A stretch of 64,000 nucleotides of DNA from an uncultured beta proteobacterium (GTDB taxonomy: Bacteria; Pseudomonadota; Gammaproteobacteria; Burkholderiales; SG8-39): the NCBI GenBank assembly GCA_963782655.1, contig CAWALA010000005.1:163587-227586 (forward strand), read 5' to 3'. The notes below the pieces were generated by a model. That model worked only from the letters and a program-made list of their open reading frames with translations, did no database searches and was not told the DNA's origin. Each line of letters opens with the position of its first letter. The stretch's first letter is position 1. Shown piece by piece: positions 31,976-40,868 of the stretch. The position numbers and the translations under genes are program-made.

Positions 31976-33297
31976 ATGTCGAGCCTCAGGTTCAGCGACA
32001 CGTCGGTACGATCGTACTTGTAGAGGGACTGGTTGCTGTCGTTCTGCATGTACAACACCTGCGGCCGCAGGCTCCATCCCTTCGCGAAGGCCCAGCTGAC
32101 GCCCAGGGTGACGTCGCCCAGAGTATCGACGCGCTCGGTGCCGAACAGCGGGTTCACCTCCGAGTACTCGCCATACAGCACGCCCGCCGACAGAAAGCCG
32201 CCGGTGGTGTTCGAGAAGGTCCGCTGCAAGATGATCCGCAGCCCGACGAATGGCTTGTCGCCATCCACCCGGCCTTCCGTTGCCATCTCTGAGCCCGCCA
32301 GCAGCGTCAACCCGGCAGCGCCGCGGCCGTCCGCGGCGGCATGCAGCCAGCCGAGCGAAGCTTGGGCCATGTCGTAGCTGTTGACGACGAGCGCGGCTGG
32401 AAGGAACTTGTTGCGCGAAGCGCTGAGCCCGAAGGTGATCTGGTCCAGCTTGCCCGCGAGGTAGCGGTAGTCGAGCGTGCCGCCCGCGCTGTCGCGCGCC
32501 TTGGTATCGTCGAGCCAGAAGCGCCCGCCCGTCAGTGCGAACCGCACGTTGTGCGCGCCCTCGCTGTAGCCCAGTCCGGCGCGCAGGTCTACGGTCCCGA
32601 AATCCGCGATTTGGAGGTGACGGTACAGCCGGGCGCGCCCCTCGCCACCTGCGAAGATGGAAACGCGGTCTGTGAGCGCGTGGATCAGTTCGCCGCCTGC
32701 GGTGATAGCGCTGTACTGGTCGCCCCGCGCCAGCGCCGATTGCGGCAGGAGCAGCGTGCCGCCGCCGGCGAGCGTGACCTCGCTGATGCGCGTCGCCGAT
32801 TGCGGGTTGGTGTCGTAGCCGTAGCCGAATTCGAGGTAGCCGAAGCCCACCGTCCTCTTGCCCGCGAGATACTGGTCAGCCGCGCTGCCGTAGATCTGCG
32901 CCTGCTGGCGAAGGTCGGGCGGCAGGTTCTCGAATCGCAGGACCGTTTCGAATTCGAGCTTGGCACGTGCGAAATCGCCCAGCGCTAGGTAGGCCCGTCC
33001 CATCTCGAGCCGCACGCCGACGAAGTTCGGTTCCACCGCCAGGATGCGCTCGTAGATGAAGCTCGCCTTGCTGGGCTGCCCGCTTTCCAGCGCGGAGCGG
33101 GCGAGGAGGTAGTCGAACTTCAGGTCGCCCGCGAGCCTGTCCTCGTGCGGCTCGAGCAGCTTGTACGCCTCGGCATAGCGACCTGCCCGGACCAGGGACT
33201 CCCCTTGCGACACGATCTGGGCGTCGGACTGCGCCCAGGACACGGCGGCAACCGACCAGGCAATCGCGACCAGCAGAACACGGCAGAATGACGCCAA
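31972..33297 (-). CDS. TPR-repeat + DUF560/Slam-like outer-membrane beta-barrel protein (putative type 11 secretion component)
   Basis: Intact 441 aa. Signal peptide MASFCRVLLVAIAWSVAAVSWAQS. TPR region (GRYAEAYKLLEP...LARSALESGQPSKASFIYERILAVEPNFVGVRLEMGRAYLALGDFARAKLEFETVL). Then a barrel with GYGYDTNPQ and terminal strands ERVDTLGDVTLGVSWAFAKGWSLRPQVLYMQNDSNQSLYKYDRTDVSLNLRLDI, which resemble the DUF560 signature as I remember it. Confidence 0.65.
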   Translation of the reverse strand: MASFCRVLLVAIAWSVAAVSWAQSDAQIVSQGESLVRAGRYAEAYKLLEPHEDRLAGDLKFDYLLARSALESGQPSKASFIYERILAVEPNFVGVRLEMGRAYLALGDFARAKLEFETVLRFENLPPDLRQQAQIYGSAADQYLAGKRTVGFGYLEFGYGYDTNPQSATRISEVTLAGGGTLLLPQSALARGDQYSAITAGGELIHALTDRVSIFAGGEGRARLYRHLQIADFGTVDLRAGLGYSEGAHNVRFALTGGRFWLDDTKARDSAGGTLDYRYLAGKLDQITFGLSASRNKFLPAALVVNSYDMAQASLGWLHAAADGRGAAGLTLLAGSEMATEGRVDGDKPFVGLRIILQRTFSNTTGGFLSAGVLYGEYSEVNPLFGTERVDTLGDVTLGVSWAFAKGWSLRPQVLYMQNDSNQSLYKYDRTDVSLNLRLDI

Positions 33298-33507
33298 CTT
33301 CCCCCCTCGAAACAGACTGATACCCCCCCGGGAATGCTAGTTGAGCGTCCTGCGCATTGCAATCGCGCCGGGCCTGTCTGCAGCAGCCAAGGCCCCCCAA
33401 CGTGTAAGACGTTGTCAGGGCCGCAGCGCCGGCCAGCCTGCGTGCCGGGGTACAATCCGCGCGCCGGTCCGAATCAACCACACGGTTCAAATCCAGGGAG
33501 AAGACTG

Positions 33508-34477
33508 ATGCATCCGTTCCGTGCCATTGTTGCCGCCACCACGCTCGCGGCGCTCGCCGGCGCCGCCGGCGCGCAGACCTACCCGAACAAGCCGATCCGC
33601 CTCATCGTGCCCTACGCCGCGGGCGGCACCTCCGACATCCTCGCGCGCCAGATCGGCCCGAAGCTCACCGAGGCCTGGGGCCAGCCGGTGATCGTGGAGA
33701 ACAAGCCCGGCGCCAACGGCAACGTCGGCGCCGATTTCGTCGCCAAGAGCGCGCCCGACGGCTACACGCTGCTGCTCACCGACCTGGGCGGGCTGGTCGA
33801 TCAGCCCCAGCGTCTATCCGCAGCTGCCCTTCGATCCGTCGAAGGACTTCTCCCCGGTGGTGATGGTGTCGTATTCGCCCCACGTGCTGGCGGTGCACCC
33901 GGCGGTCGCGGCGAAGGACGTGAAGGAGCTGATCGCGCTGGCGAAGGCGAACCCGGGCAAGCTCAACTTCGCGGTCTCGGGAATCGGCGGCGCGCCGCAG
34001 CTCGCCGGCATCGAGTTCGCGCAGCGCACCGGCGTGCAATGGACCTACATCCCCTACAAGGGCGGCTCCGACGCGGTGACAGCAGTGGTCGGCGGCCAGG
34101 CCGACGTGCTGTTCAACGGCATGCTCGCGACCTGGCCCTCGGTCACCGGCGGAAGGCTGCGCGCGCTGGCAATTTCCAGCGCGCAGCGCGTGCCTTCGGC
34201 GAAGGACACGCCGACCGTGGCCGAGAACGGCCTGCCGGGGTTCGAGACCGGTTCCTTCCAGGGCGTGGTCGGGCCGGTGGCGATACCCCGCGAGACTGTG
34301 GCGAAGCTCAATGCCGAGCTTGCCAAGGCGCTCAACGCTGCGGACATGAAGGAGCGCTTCGCCAAGCAGGGCACCGAGGTGCGCACCGGCACGCCCGAGA
34401 GCCTCGGCGCCTGGATGACGGCTGAGCAGGCGCGCTGGTCGAAGGTGGTGAAGGAGTCCGGGGTCAAGTTCGAGTGA
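33508..34477 (+). CDS. Bug family (TctC-like) substrate-binding protein; one frame switch near 33800
   Basis: MHPFRAIVAATTLAALAGAAGAQTYPNKPIRLIVPYAAGGTSDILARQ...SAPDGYTLLLTDLGGLV (ORF 33334..34425 frame). Then ISPSVYPQLPFDPSKDFSPVVMVSYSPHVLAVHP...GKLNFAVSGIGGAPQLAG...IPYKGGSDAVTAVVGG (ORF 33857..34477). Confidence 0.88.
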
Positions 34478-35245
34478 AGCTCGAGCTGCCGCAGAACGCG
34501 TTCAAGCGCGCGCTGCAAGGCCGGGCAGCCGCAGATCGGGCTGTGGTCCAGCCTGTCGTCGAACTACTCGGTGGAAGTGATCGCCGGGGCCGGCTTCGAC
34601 TGGATCCTGCTCGACATGGAGCATTCGCCGAACGACCTGGAGAGCCTGCTCGCGCAGCTGCAGGCGGCGGCGCCCTACCCGACCCACCCGGTCGTGCGCG
34701 TGCCGTGGAACGACATGGTGACCATCAAGCGCGTGCTGGACGCGGGCGCGCAGTCGCTGCTGATTCCCTACGTGCAGAACGCGGCGGAAGCGAAGGCGGC
34801 GGTGGCCAACACGCGCTACCCGCCGGCCGGCGTGCGCGGCGTGGCCGGCACCACGCGCGCCACGCGCTTCGGGCGCATCAAGGACTACGCCAAGCGCGCG
34901 CACGAGGAGATCTGCGTGCTGGTGCAGCTCGAGACCAAGCCCGCGCTGGATGAAATCGAGAAGGTGGCGGCGATCGATGGCGTGGACGGCATCTTCATCG
35001 GCCCCGCCGACCTGCACGCCTCGATGGGCTACACCGGCGAGACGGCCAACCCCGCGGTCCTGCCGTTGATCGAAGAATCGATGCGCCGCATCCGCAAGGC
35101 GGGCAAGGCGCCGGGCTACCTTTCGCCGGTGGAGGCGGACGCGAAGCGGATGCTCGCGGCCGGCGCGCAGTTCGTCGCCGTGGGCGCCGACGTCGGCCTG
35201 CTCGCGCGCGGCGCCGAAAACCTGCTGGCAAAATTCAAGGCATGA
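34474..35245 (+). CDS. HpcH/HpaI family aldolase (2-keto-3-deoxy-acid aldolase); one frame switch near 34518
   Basis: GTG at 34474 overlaps the Bug stop. MKLELPQNAFKRALQ then GQPQIGLWSSLSSNYSVEVIAGAGFDWILLDMEHSPNDL...HPVVRVPWNDMVTIKRVLDAGAQSLLIPYVQNAAEA...YPPAGVRG...VLVQLET...IDGVDGIFIGPADLHASMG (ORF 34571..35245). Confidence 0.88.
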
Positions 35246-36182
35246 AACCCGAGATCATCGTCACCACCAAGCTCTTCCCGCGCACCCAGGAGCGGCTCGA
35301 CAAGGAATTCACCTGCCACAAGCTGCACGAGGCCGCCGACCGCGCCGCGTTCCTGAAGGAACTGGCGCCGCGCGTGCGCGCGCTCGCCACCTTCGGCCCG
35401 GCGGGGGCGGACGCGAAGCTGATGGACGCCCTGCCCAAGCTCGAGCTGATCTCGAATTTCGGCGTCGGCGTGGACGCCATCGACCTCGCAGCGGCCAAGC
35501 AGCGCAAGATCATCGTCACCAACACGCCCGACGTGCTGAACGACTGCGTCGCGGACACCGCGATGGCGCTCACCTTGAACGTGATGCGCAAGTTCCCGCA
35601 GTCGGAGGGCTACCTGCGCGCCGGGTTCTGGGCGACGCGCGGCGGCTATCCGCTCACCACGTCGCTCGGCGGCAAGACCATGGGCATCCTCGGCCTGGGG
35701 CGCATCGGCGAGGCGATCGCGCAAGCGCGCGCAGAGTTTCGGCATGAAGATCCGGTACCACAACCGCAAGAAGAAGGACGTCGCCTACCCGTACGACGCG
35801 GACGTGGTGGCACTGGCGAGGAATTCCGACGTGCTGATGGTGGTGACGCCGGGCGGCGCGGAGACCGAGAAGACTGGTCAACGCGAAGGTGCTGGATGCA
35901 CTTGGGCCCGAGGGCTACGTGGTCAACATCGCGCGCGGCTCGGTGATCGACGAGCCGGTGCTGCTCAAGTACCTGCAGGAGAAGAAGATCGCCGGGGCCG
36001 GCCTGGATGTGTTCGCCGACGAGCCGCGCGTGCCGCCCGAGTTCTTCACGCTGGACAACGCGGTGCTGTTCCCGCACGTCGGCAGCGCGACGATGGAGAC
36101 GCGCACGGCCATGGGCAACCTGCAGGTCGACAACCTGCTCGCGCACTTCGCGGGCAAGCCGGTGCTGACGAGGGTCGTCTAG
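35242..36182 (+). CDS. D-isomer-specific 2-hydroxyacid dehydrogenase (glyoxylate/hydroxypyruvate reductase-like); two frame switches near 35735 and 35873
   Basis: MKPEIIVTTKLFPRTQERL...ISNFGVGVDAIDLAAAKQRKIIVTNTPDVLNDCVADTAMALTL...GGKTMGILGLGRIGEAIAQ (ORF 35242..35946). MKIRYHNRKKK...SDVLMVVTPGGAETE (ORF 35744..36196). VVNIARGSVIDEPVLLKYLQEKKIAGAGLDVFADEP...FPHVGSAT (ORF 35889..36182). Confidence 0.88.
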
Positions 36183-36213
36183 CAAGTATTAGTTAGCGCA
36201 CGCTTACGCAAAA

Positions 36214-36234
36214 ATGGCCTTATTATAAGGCCAT
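36214..36234. repeat. Perfect 9-bp palindrome ATGGCCTTA-TTA-TAAGGCCAT (weak terminator or protein-binding site)
   Basis: Read directly at 36214-36234, in the AT-rich gap between the dehydrogenase stop (36182) and the hemP promoter. The stem is short and GC-poor and is followed only by GCATTT. Confidence 0.4.
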
Positions 36235-36241
36235 GCATTTC

Positions 36242-36276
36242 TTGACTTAATAAATGAGAACCATTATTGTTCTCAT
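36242..36276 (+). promoter_or_regulatory. Fur box overlapping a sigma70-like promoter upstream of hemP
   Basis: TTGACT (36242-36247), then AATGAGAACCATTATTGTTCTCAT. This has perfect 8-bp arms ATGAGAAC/GTTCTCAT (36254-36276) and matches the AATGATAATCATTATC core of the Fur consensus at 13 of 16 positions by eye. The -10-like TATTGT lies inside the box. hemP ATG is at 36279. Confidence 0.7.
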
Positions 36277-36278
36277 CC

Positions 36279-36446
36279 ATGTCGCTCCCAAAGCAGCCGC
36301 CGGTACCGCGAAAGGCCCCTGAGCCGATCCCGCGCGTCTCGAGCGAAGCCCTGCTCGGCTCGCAGCGCGAATTGCTGATCGTGCACAACAGCCGCGAGTA
36401 CCGGCTCAGGCTCACGCAGAACGGCAAGCTGATTCTCACGGCCTAA
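36279..36446 (+). CDS. hemP: Hemin uptake protein HemP/HmuP family (55 aa; below the ORF-track cutoff)
   Basis: Translation MSLPKQPPVPRKAPEPIPRVSSEALLGSQRELLIVHNSREYRLRLTQNGKLILTA. The C-terminal motif (ELLIxHxxxxYxLRxTxxGKLILT) is the HemP signature. It follows the Fur box directly. Confidence 0.8.
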   Translation: MSLPKQPPVPRKAPEPIPRVSSEALLGSQRELLIVHNSREYRLRLTQNGKLILTA

Positions 36447-36522
36447 CAGTGAACGCCCGCAAGCCAGCGAGCGGCCCCGCCGCAGCCAGCCAGCGCTTTT
36501 CTCTCCTGAGGAGCTGGCTGAC

Positions 36523-36774
36523 ATGCGCAACCCCCAAGCTGAAATGGAAACGAGCCGTGCAGAAACAGTCACCGCAGCCTTGCTTTACCTGATGACGCAC
36601 TACGCGCGCACCGGCTGCCCGCGCCTCGCGCTGTGCGTGTCGCGGCACATGCAGTGCCTCGCCCTGCACCCGGACGCCCCGGCGATGGTGCGCGACATCT
36701 GCGGGAGCCTGCACGGCACCTGGGCCGAGGCGTCCACGAGAACCCAGCCCGGCGGCCCAAACCCGGTCCACTGA
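36523..36774 (+). CDS. Hypothetical small protein (83 aa, four Cys) in the Fur-regulated hemP-FTR1 unit
   Basis: ORF 36523..36774 MRNPQAEMETSRAETVTAALLYLMTHYARTGCPRLALCVSRHMQCLALHPDAPAMVRDICGSLHGTWAEAS... Same strand, placed between hemP and the FTR1 gene (13-nt gap to the latter). No family recognised. Confidence 0.45.
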   Translation: MRNPQAEMETSRAETVTAALLYLMTHYARTGCPRLALCVSRHMQCLALHPDAPAMVRDICGSLHGTWAEASTRTQPGGPNPVH

Positions 36775-36786
36775 CGGGGTGGCGAT

Positions 36787-37545
36787 ATGGGACAGATGCT
36801 GATCGTCACGCTGCGCGAGGGAATCGAGGCATTCCTCATCGTCGCCATCGCTGCCGCTTACCTTAGGAAGACCGGGCGCGACGCGCTGCTGCCGGCGGTC
36901 TGGTGGGGCACCGCCTTCGCGCTGCTGCTGTCGCTTGTGCTCGGCGTGTTCCTGGCCGAGTTCGCGGTAATCCCGTTCTACGAAGGCGTGCTTGCCATGG
37001 TGGCGGCGGTCCTCGTCCTGTCCATGGTGATCTACATGCTCACGGCGGCAAAGCAGATGCGCGCTGAGATCGGCCGGAAGCTGGAAGCCGTCGCCGAGCG
37101 CCCGGGCGCGGGCGCATGGCTCGGCGTGTTCCTGTTCGTCGTCCTGATGATTACCCGCGAAGGCATGGAGATGGCGTTCATCACCGCCTCGCTCGTCCGC
37201 CAAGTCGAAACCGCCGCGCTGGTGCCGGGCGCGATTGCGGGCGCACTGCTCGCCGCCGCCCTCGCCTTGGCCTGGATACGCTGGGGGCATCGCGTCAACC
37301 TTGGCCTATTTTTCCAGGTGACGGCGGTCTTCCTGGCGCTATTTGCACTGCAGCTCCTGTTCTACGCGTTCCACGAATTCACCGAGGCAAACACGCTGCC
37401 GGGCATCGACAACGCCTACTGGCATGTCGCGACGGAGGAGTGGGCGGAAGGCACCTACGCGCAGATCTACACCGCCCTGATGGTCCTCCTGCCGCTCGCT
37501 TGGATGGCATGGCGCAAGCTTCGGTTGCACACTGCAAGCACCTGA
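36787..37545 (+). CDS. FTR1 family iron permease (EfeU/FtrC-like)
   Basis: Intact 252 aa with two REGxE motifs (TLREGIEAFLIV and ITREGMEMAFI) and multiple TM segments. Confidence 0.85.
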   Translation: MGQMLIVTLREGIEAFLIVAIAAAYLRKTGRDALLPAVWWGTAFALLLSLVLGVFLAEFAVIPFYEGVLAMVAAVLVLSMVIYMLTAAKQMRAEIGRKLEAVAERPGAGAWLGVFLFVVLMITREGMEMAFITASLVRQVETAALVPGAIAGALLAAALALAWIRWGHRVNLGLFFQVTAVFLALFALQLLFYAFHEFTEANTLPGIDNAYWHVATEEWAEGTYAQIYTALMVLLPLAWMAWRKLRLHTAST

Positions 37546-37661
37546 GGCACAAGGCTCGCGCCGCAACGGTTGCCGCGGCGCAACATCTTCCTCCACAGTA
37601 CTCGCGCTATCATCCCGTCGCGCAAGGAGTACTTTTCAAGCTGTTCAACGGAGGAGGAAAA

Positions 37662-38603
37662 ATGAGAATCAGACTGTCCCTGCTCGCCCTCGCGGTGGGC
37701 GCCGTCGTCGCCGCACCCGCAGCGGCCCAGCAAGTCACGTTCATGACCGGTCCCCAAGGCGGCGTCTGGGTGCCGCTCGGCGGCGCCCTGAAAGGCATGT
37801 GGGAAAAGGCAATCCCCGGCCTCAGCGTCACCGCGACCCCTGGCGCCGGCATCGCCAACGTGCGCGGCGTGGACGAAGGCAAGGCGCAACTCGGCTTCGG
37901 CAACTCGAGCACCACGGTGGACGGACTGGAGGGACGCGCGCCCTATCCGAAGAAGGTCACCAAGGTTTGCCAGGTGGCGAATATCTACCCGCAGTACTTC
38001 CAGGTGGTGGCGCTGAAGGATGCGAATGTCGGCTCCTTCGCCGACCTGAAGGGCAAGTCGGTGGTCACCCAGCCCAAGGGCAACACCGGGGAACTGCTGA
38101 CGGAACTCGTGCTGAAGATGAATGGCATGAGCTACCAGTCGCTCTCGCGCATCAACTTCCAGGCGTCCTACACCGACGCCGTGTCGCTGGTGAAGGACGG
38201 CCATGCGCAGGTGTTCACGCTCGGCACGACCGCGCCTGCCTCGTCGGTGATGGACCTCGCCAGCGCGCGCGACATCACCCTGGTGCCGGTGGACGACAAG
38301 ACAATGAACACCCTGAAATCGTCCAACCCGGGCTACAACAAGCTGATCATCAAGGCCGGCACGTATCCCAAGCAGGACAAGGATGTGCCGGTGATCGGCT
38401 ATTCGACGCACATCATCGCGGCCTGCGACCTGCCCGAGCAGGTGATCTACACGATGGTCAAGACGATGGCCGCCAACGTGGATTCGATGTCCGCGGTGAA
38501 CAAGGCGATCGCCGGCATCACGCCCAAGGACATGGCGGTGGACATCGGCGTGCCGTTCCACAAGGGCGCGGCGAAGTTCTACAAAGAAGCCGGAGCGCTG
38601 TAG
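37662..38603 (+). CDS. TAXI family TRAP transporter solute-binding protein
   Basis: ATG at 37662 after GGAGGAGGAAAA. MRIRLSLLALAVGAVVAAPAAAQQVTFMTGPQGGVWVPLGGALKGMW...GAGIANVRGVDEGKAQLGFGNSS...YPQYFQVVALKDANV...KAGTYP (lower part of ORF 37116..38603). Confidence 0.88.
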   Translation: MRIRLSLLALAVGAVVAAPAAAQQVTFMTGPQGGVWVPLGGALKGMWEKAIPGLSVTATPGAGIANVRGVDEGKAQLGFGNSSTTVDGLEGRAPYPKKVTKVCQVANIYPQYFQVVALKDANVGSFADLKGKSVVTQPKGNTGELLTELVLKMNGMSYQSLSRINFQASYTDAVSLVKDGHAQVFTLGTTAPASSVMDLASARDITLVPVDDKTMNTLKSSNPGYNKLIIKAGTYPKQDKDVPVIGYSTHIIAACDLPEQVIYTMVKTMAANVDSMSAVNKAIAGITPKDMAVDIGVPFHKGAAKFYKEAGAL

Positions 38604-38625
38604 GGACCTGACCAACAGCCTGACT

Positions 38626-38650
38626 AACGGGGCGGCCTTGCCGCCCCGTT
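38626..38650 (+). terminator. GC-rich hairpin between the TAXI binding-protein and permease genes (intra-operon attenuator/terminator)
   Basis: AACGGGGCGGC-CTT-GCCGCCCCGTT: perfect 11-bp stem, followed by TCGCGTTTGG. Confidence 0.6.
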
Positions 38651-38656
38651 TCGCGT

Positions 38657-40570
38657 TTGGGGGATTTCTTGTCCGAAACCGCGTCCGTCATATCGGATGA
38701 AAAGCAGGCCACGGCGCCGACCATCAGGGCGCTGAAATGGCTCGTCGCCGCGCTCGCGGTGACGATGTCGCTGTACCACATGTACGTCGCCGGCTTCGGC
38801 CCGCCCGAGGCGGTGATCTTCCGCGGCACGCACCTGATGTTCGCGATGGCGCTGGTATTCCTGCTCTATCCGACGCGGCCCGGCGGCGGCCTGGGCTGGC
38901 GGCTGCTGGACTTCGTGCTGCTCGGATTCAGCCTCGCCTTCGTGCTGCACGTGTTCATCACCTATGAGGCGTTCACCAACCGCATCATCTACATCGACGA
39001 CCTGACCGCAGCGGACAAGTTTTTCGCCGTGGTGGCGGTGCTGATGGTGCTGGAGGGCACGCGCCGCGTGATCGGCCTGGCGCTGCCGCTGACCGCGCTG
39101 GCTTTCCTGGCCTATGCGGGGCTGTTCACGCATGTGACGCTGCCGGTGCTGATGGAGCAGGTGTATCTGTCCACCGAGGGCATTTTCGGCTCCACGCTCG
39201 GCGTGTCGGCAAGCTACGTGATGCTGTTCGTGATTTTCGGCGCGTTCATGGAGAAGAGCGGGACCGGGCAACTGTTCATGGACTTCGCCATGTCGATCAC
39301 CGGCCACACCGCGGGCGGACCCGGCAAGGTGGCGGTGATCAGTTCTTCGCTGTTCGGCACGGTGTCGGGCAGCGCGGTGGCCAACGTGATGGTGGACGGT
39401 CCGATCACCATCCCGCTGATGAAGCGCACCGGCTTCCGGCCGCCATTCGCCGCGGCGGTCGAGGCGGTGGCGTCCACAGGCGGCCAGATCATGCCGCCGG
39501 TGATGGGCGCTGCGGCCTTCGTGATGGCGGAGTTCCTGTCGGTGCCCTACGCGCAGGTGGCGGTGTGGGCAGTGGTGCCGGCGCTGCTGTACTACGTGGC
39601 GGTGTTCTTCGCGGTGCATTTCGAGGCCAAACGCTACAAGCTGGCGGGCGTGCCGAAGGATGAGCTGCCGCGCTTCACGCGCGTGATGGCCGAGCGCGGC
39701 CACCTGTTCACGCCGATCCTCATCATCCTCGCCGGGCTGTTCATGGGCTACTCGGCGCCGCTGTGCGCCCTGGTCGGCGCGATTTCCTGCCTGCCGGTGG
39801 CGCTGCTGCGCAAGAGCACGCGCGCGGGCATCACCTGGAGAAACGCGATCGAGGCGCTGGAAGAGGGCGCGAAGAACGCGCTGTCGGTGGCGATGGCCTG
39901 CGCCTGCGCCGGCATCGTCATCGCCTGCGTGACGGTCACGGGCCTGGGCATCGTGTTCACCCAGATCGTGATCGCGCTGGCGCAGAACCACCTGATCCTC
40001 GCGCTCATGCTCACCGCAGTCGCCGGCATCATCCTCGGCATGGGCATGCCGACCACGCCGGCCTATATCGTGATGGTCGCGCTGCTGGTGCCGGCGGTGA
40101 TCAAGATGGGCGTGGTCACCCCGGCAGCCCACATGTTCGCCTTCTACTTCGCCATCCTCTCGGCGATCACGCCGCCCGTGGCCCTCGCCGTGTTCGCGGC
40201 CGCGAGCCTGGCCAAGGCCGACATCTGGACGACCGGCTTCGCGGCGATGCGCGCGGCCGCCCCAGCCTACATCGTGCCCTTCATGTTCGTGTACGAGCCG
40301 ATGCTGCTGCTGATCGTCAAGGATTGGGGCACGGAGTGGCCGTTCGTCGTCTGGTCGGTGATTTCCGCCACCATCGGCGTGATCTGCCTCGCCGCCAGCC
40401 TGTTCGGCTGGCTGCTCGCTCATGCCTCGATGTGGCAGCGCGCATTGCTGTTCATCGCCGCTCTGTGCCTGATCAAGCCGGGCCTGATCACGGACGTGAT
40501 CGGACTGGCGCTGCTGGCACTGGTGGCCGGGGTGCAGGTGTTCGCCCAGCGCAGGGCCGCGGCAGCCTAG
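38657..40570 (+). CDS. TRAP transporter fused permease (TAXI-type)
   Basis: Intact 637-aa polytopic ORF (non-ATG start in the ORF track). Paralogous to 17871..19892, e.g. SSLFGTVSGSAVANVMVDGPITIPLMKRTGF versus GLISGSGSANAAVVGTITIPLMIRYGV. Confidence 0.88.
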   Translation: MGDFLSETASVISDEKQATAPTIRALKWLVAALAVTMSLYHMYVAGFGPPEAVIFRGTHLMFAMALVFLLYPTRPGGGLGWRLLDFVLLGFSLAFVLHVFITYEAFTNRIIYIDDLTAADKFFAVVAVLMVLEGTRRVIGLALPLTALAFLAYAGLFTHVTLPVLMEQVYLSTEGIFGSTLGVSASYVMLFVIFGAFMEKSGTGQLFMDFAMSITGHTAGGPGKVAVISSSLFGTVSGSAVANVMVDGPITIPLMKRTGFRPPFAAAVEAVASTGGQIMPPVMGAAAFVMAEFLSVPYAQVAVWAVVPALLYYVAVFFAVHFEAKRYKLAGVPKDELPRFTRVMAERGHLFTPILIILAGLFMGYSAPLCALVGAISCLPVALLRKSTRAGITWRNAIEALEEGAKNALSVAMACACAGIVIACVTVTGLGIVFTQIVIALAQNHLILALMLTAVAGIILGMGMPTTPAYIVMVALLVPAVIKMGVVTPAAHMFAFYFAILSAITPPVALAVFAAASLAKADIWTTGFAAMRAAAPAYIVPFMFVYEPMLLLIVKDWGTEWPFVVWSVISATIGVICLAASLFGWLLAHASMWQRALLFIAALCLIKPGLITDVIGLALLALVAGVQVFAQRRAAAA

Positions 40571-40868
40571 CCGGCCCCGTTGCAGCGCCGCATCTCGCTC
40601 TCGACGCGATTCGGACGCACGGGTAAGTACATTCGTCATGGGCGCGCATGCACGGGCCGATGGCGAGCGCCCGTTTCGCGAGTGCGCGGGGTTCTCGCGT
40701 CCCCCCAGTCCGATGGGTCACACAATCTGGGGATGGCTAAACGCCGCACGCGAATCTAGAATTTCTCCCGGAGGATGTTTGGACGGCGTACACGGTCCGA
40801 GAAACCCGGGCGCTGGATAACGCGACGTTCCGCGTGTGCAAGGTGGGAAGCTAACCGGGGGGGTCCGG

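Noticed and set aside
40571-40868. 60-aa ORF 40638..40820 in the gap upstream of the giant gene
   Set aside because: There is no ribosome-binding site, the composition is typical of GC-driven noise, and no motif is present. I treat the region as the promoter/leader of the giant gene.
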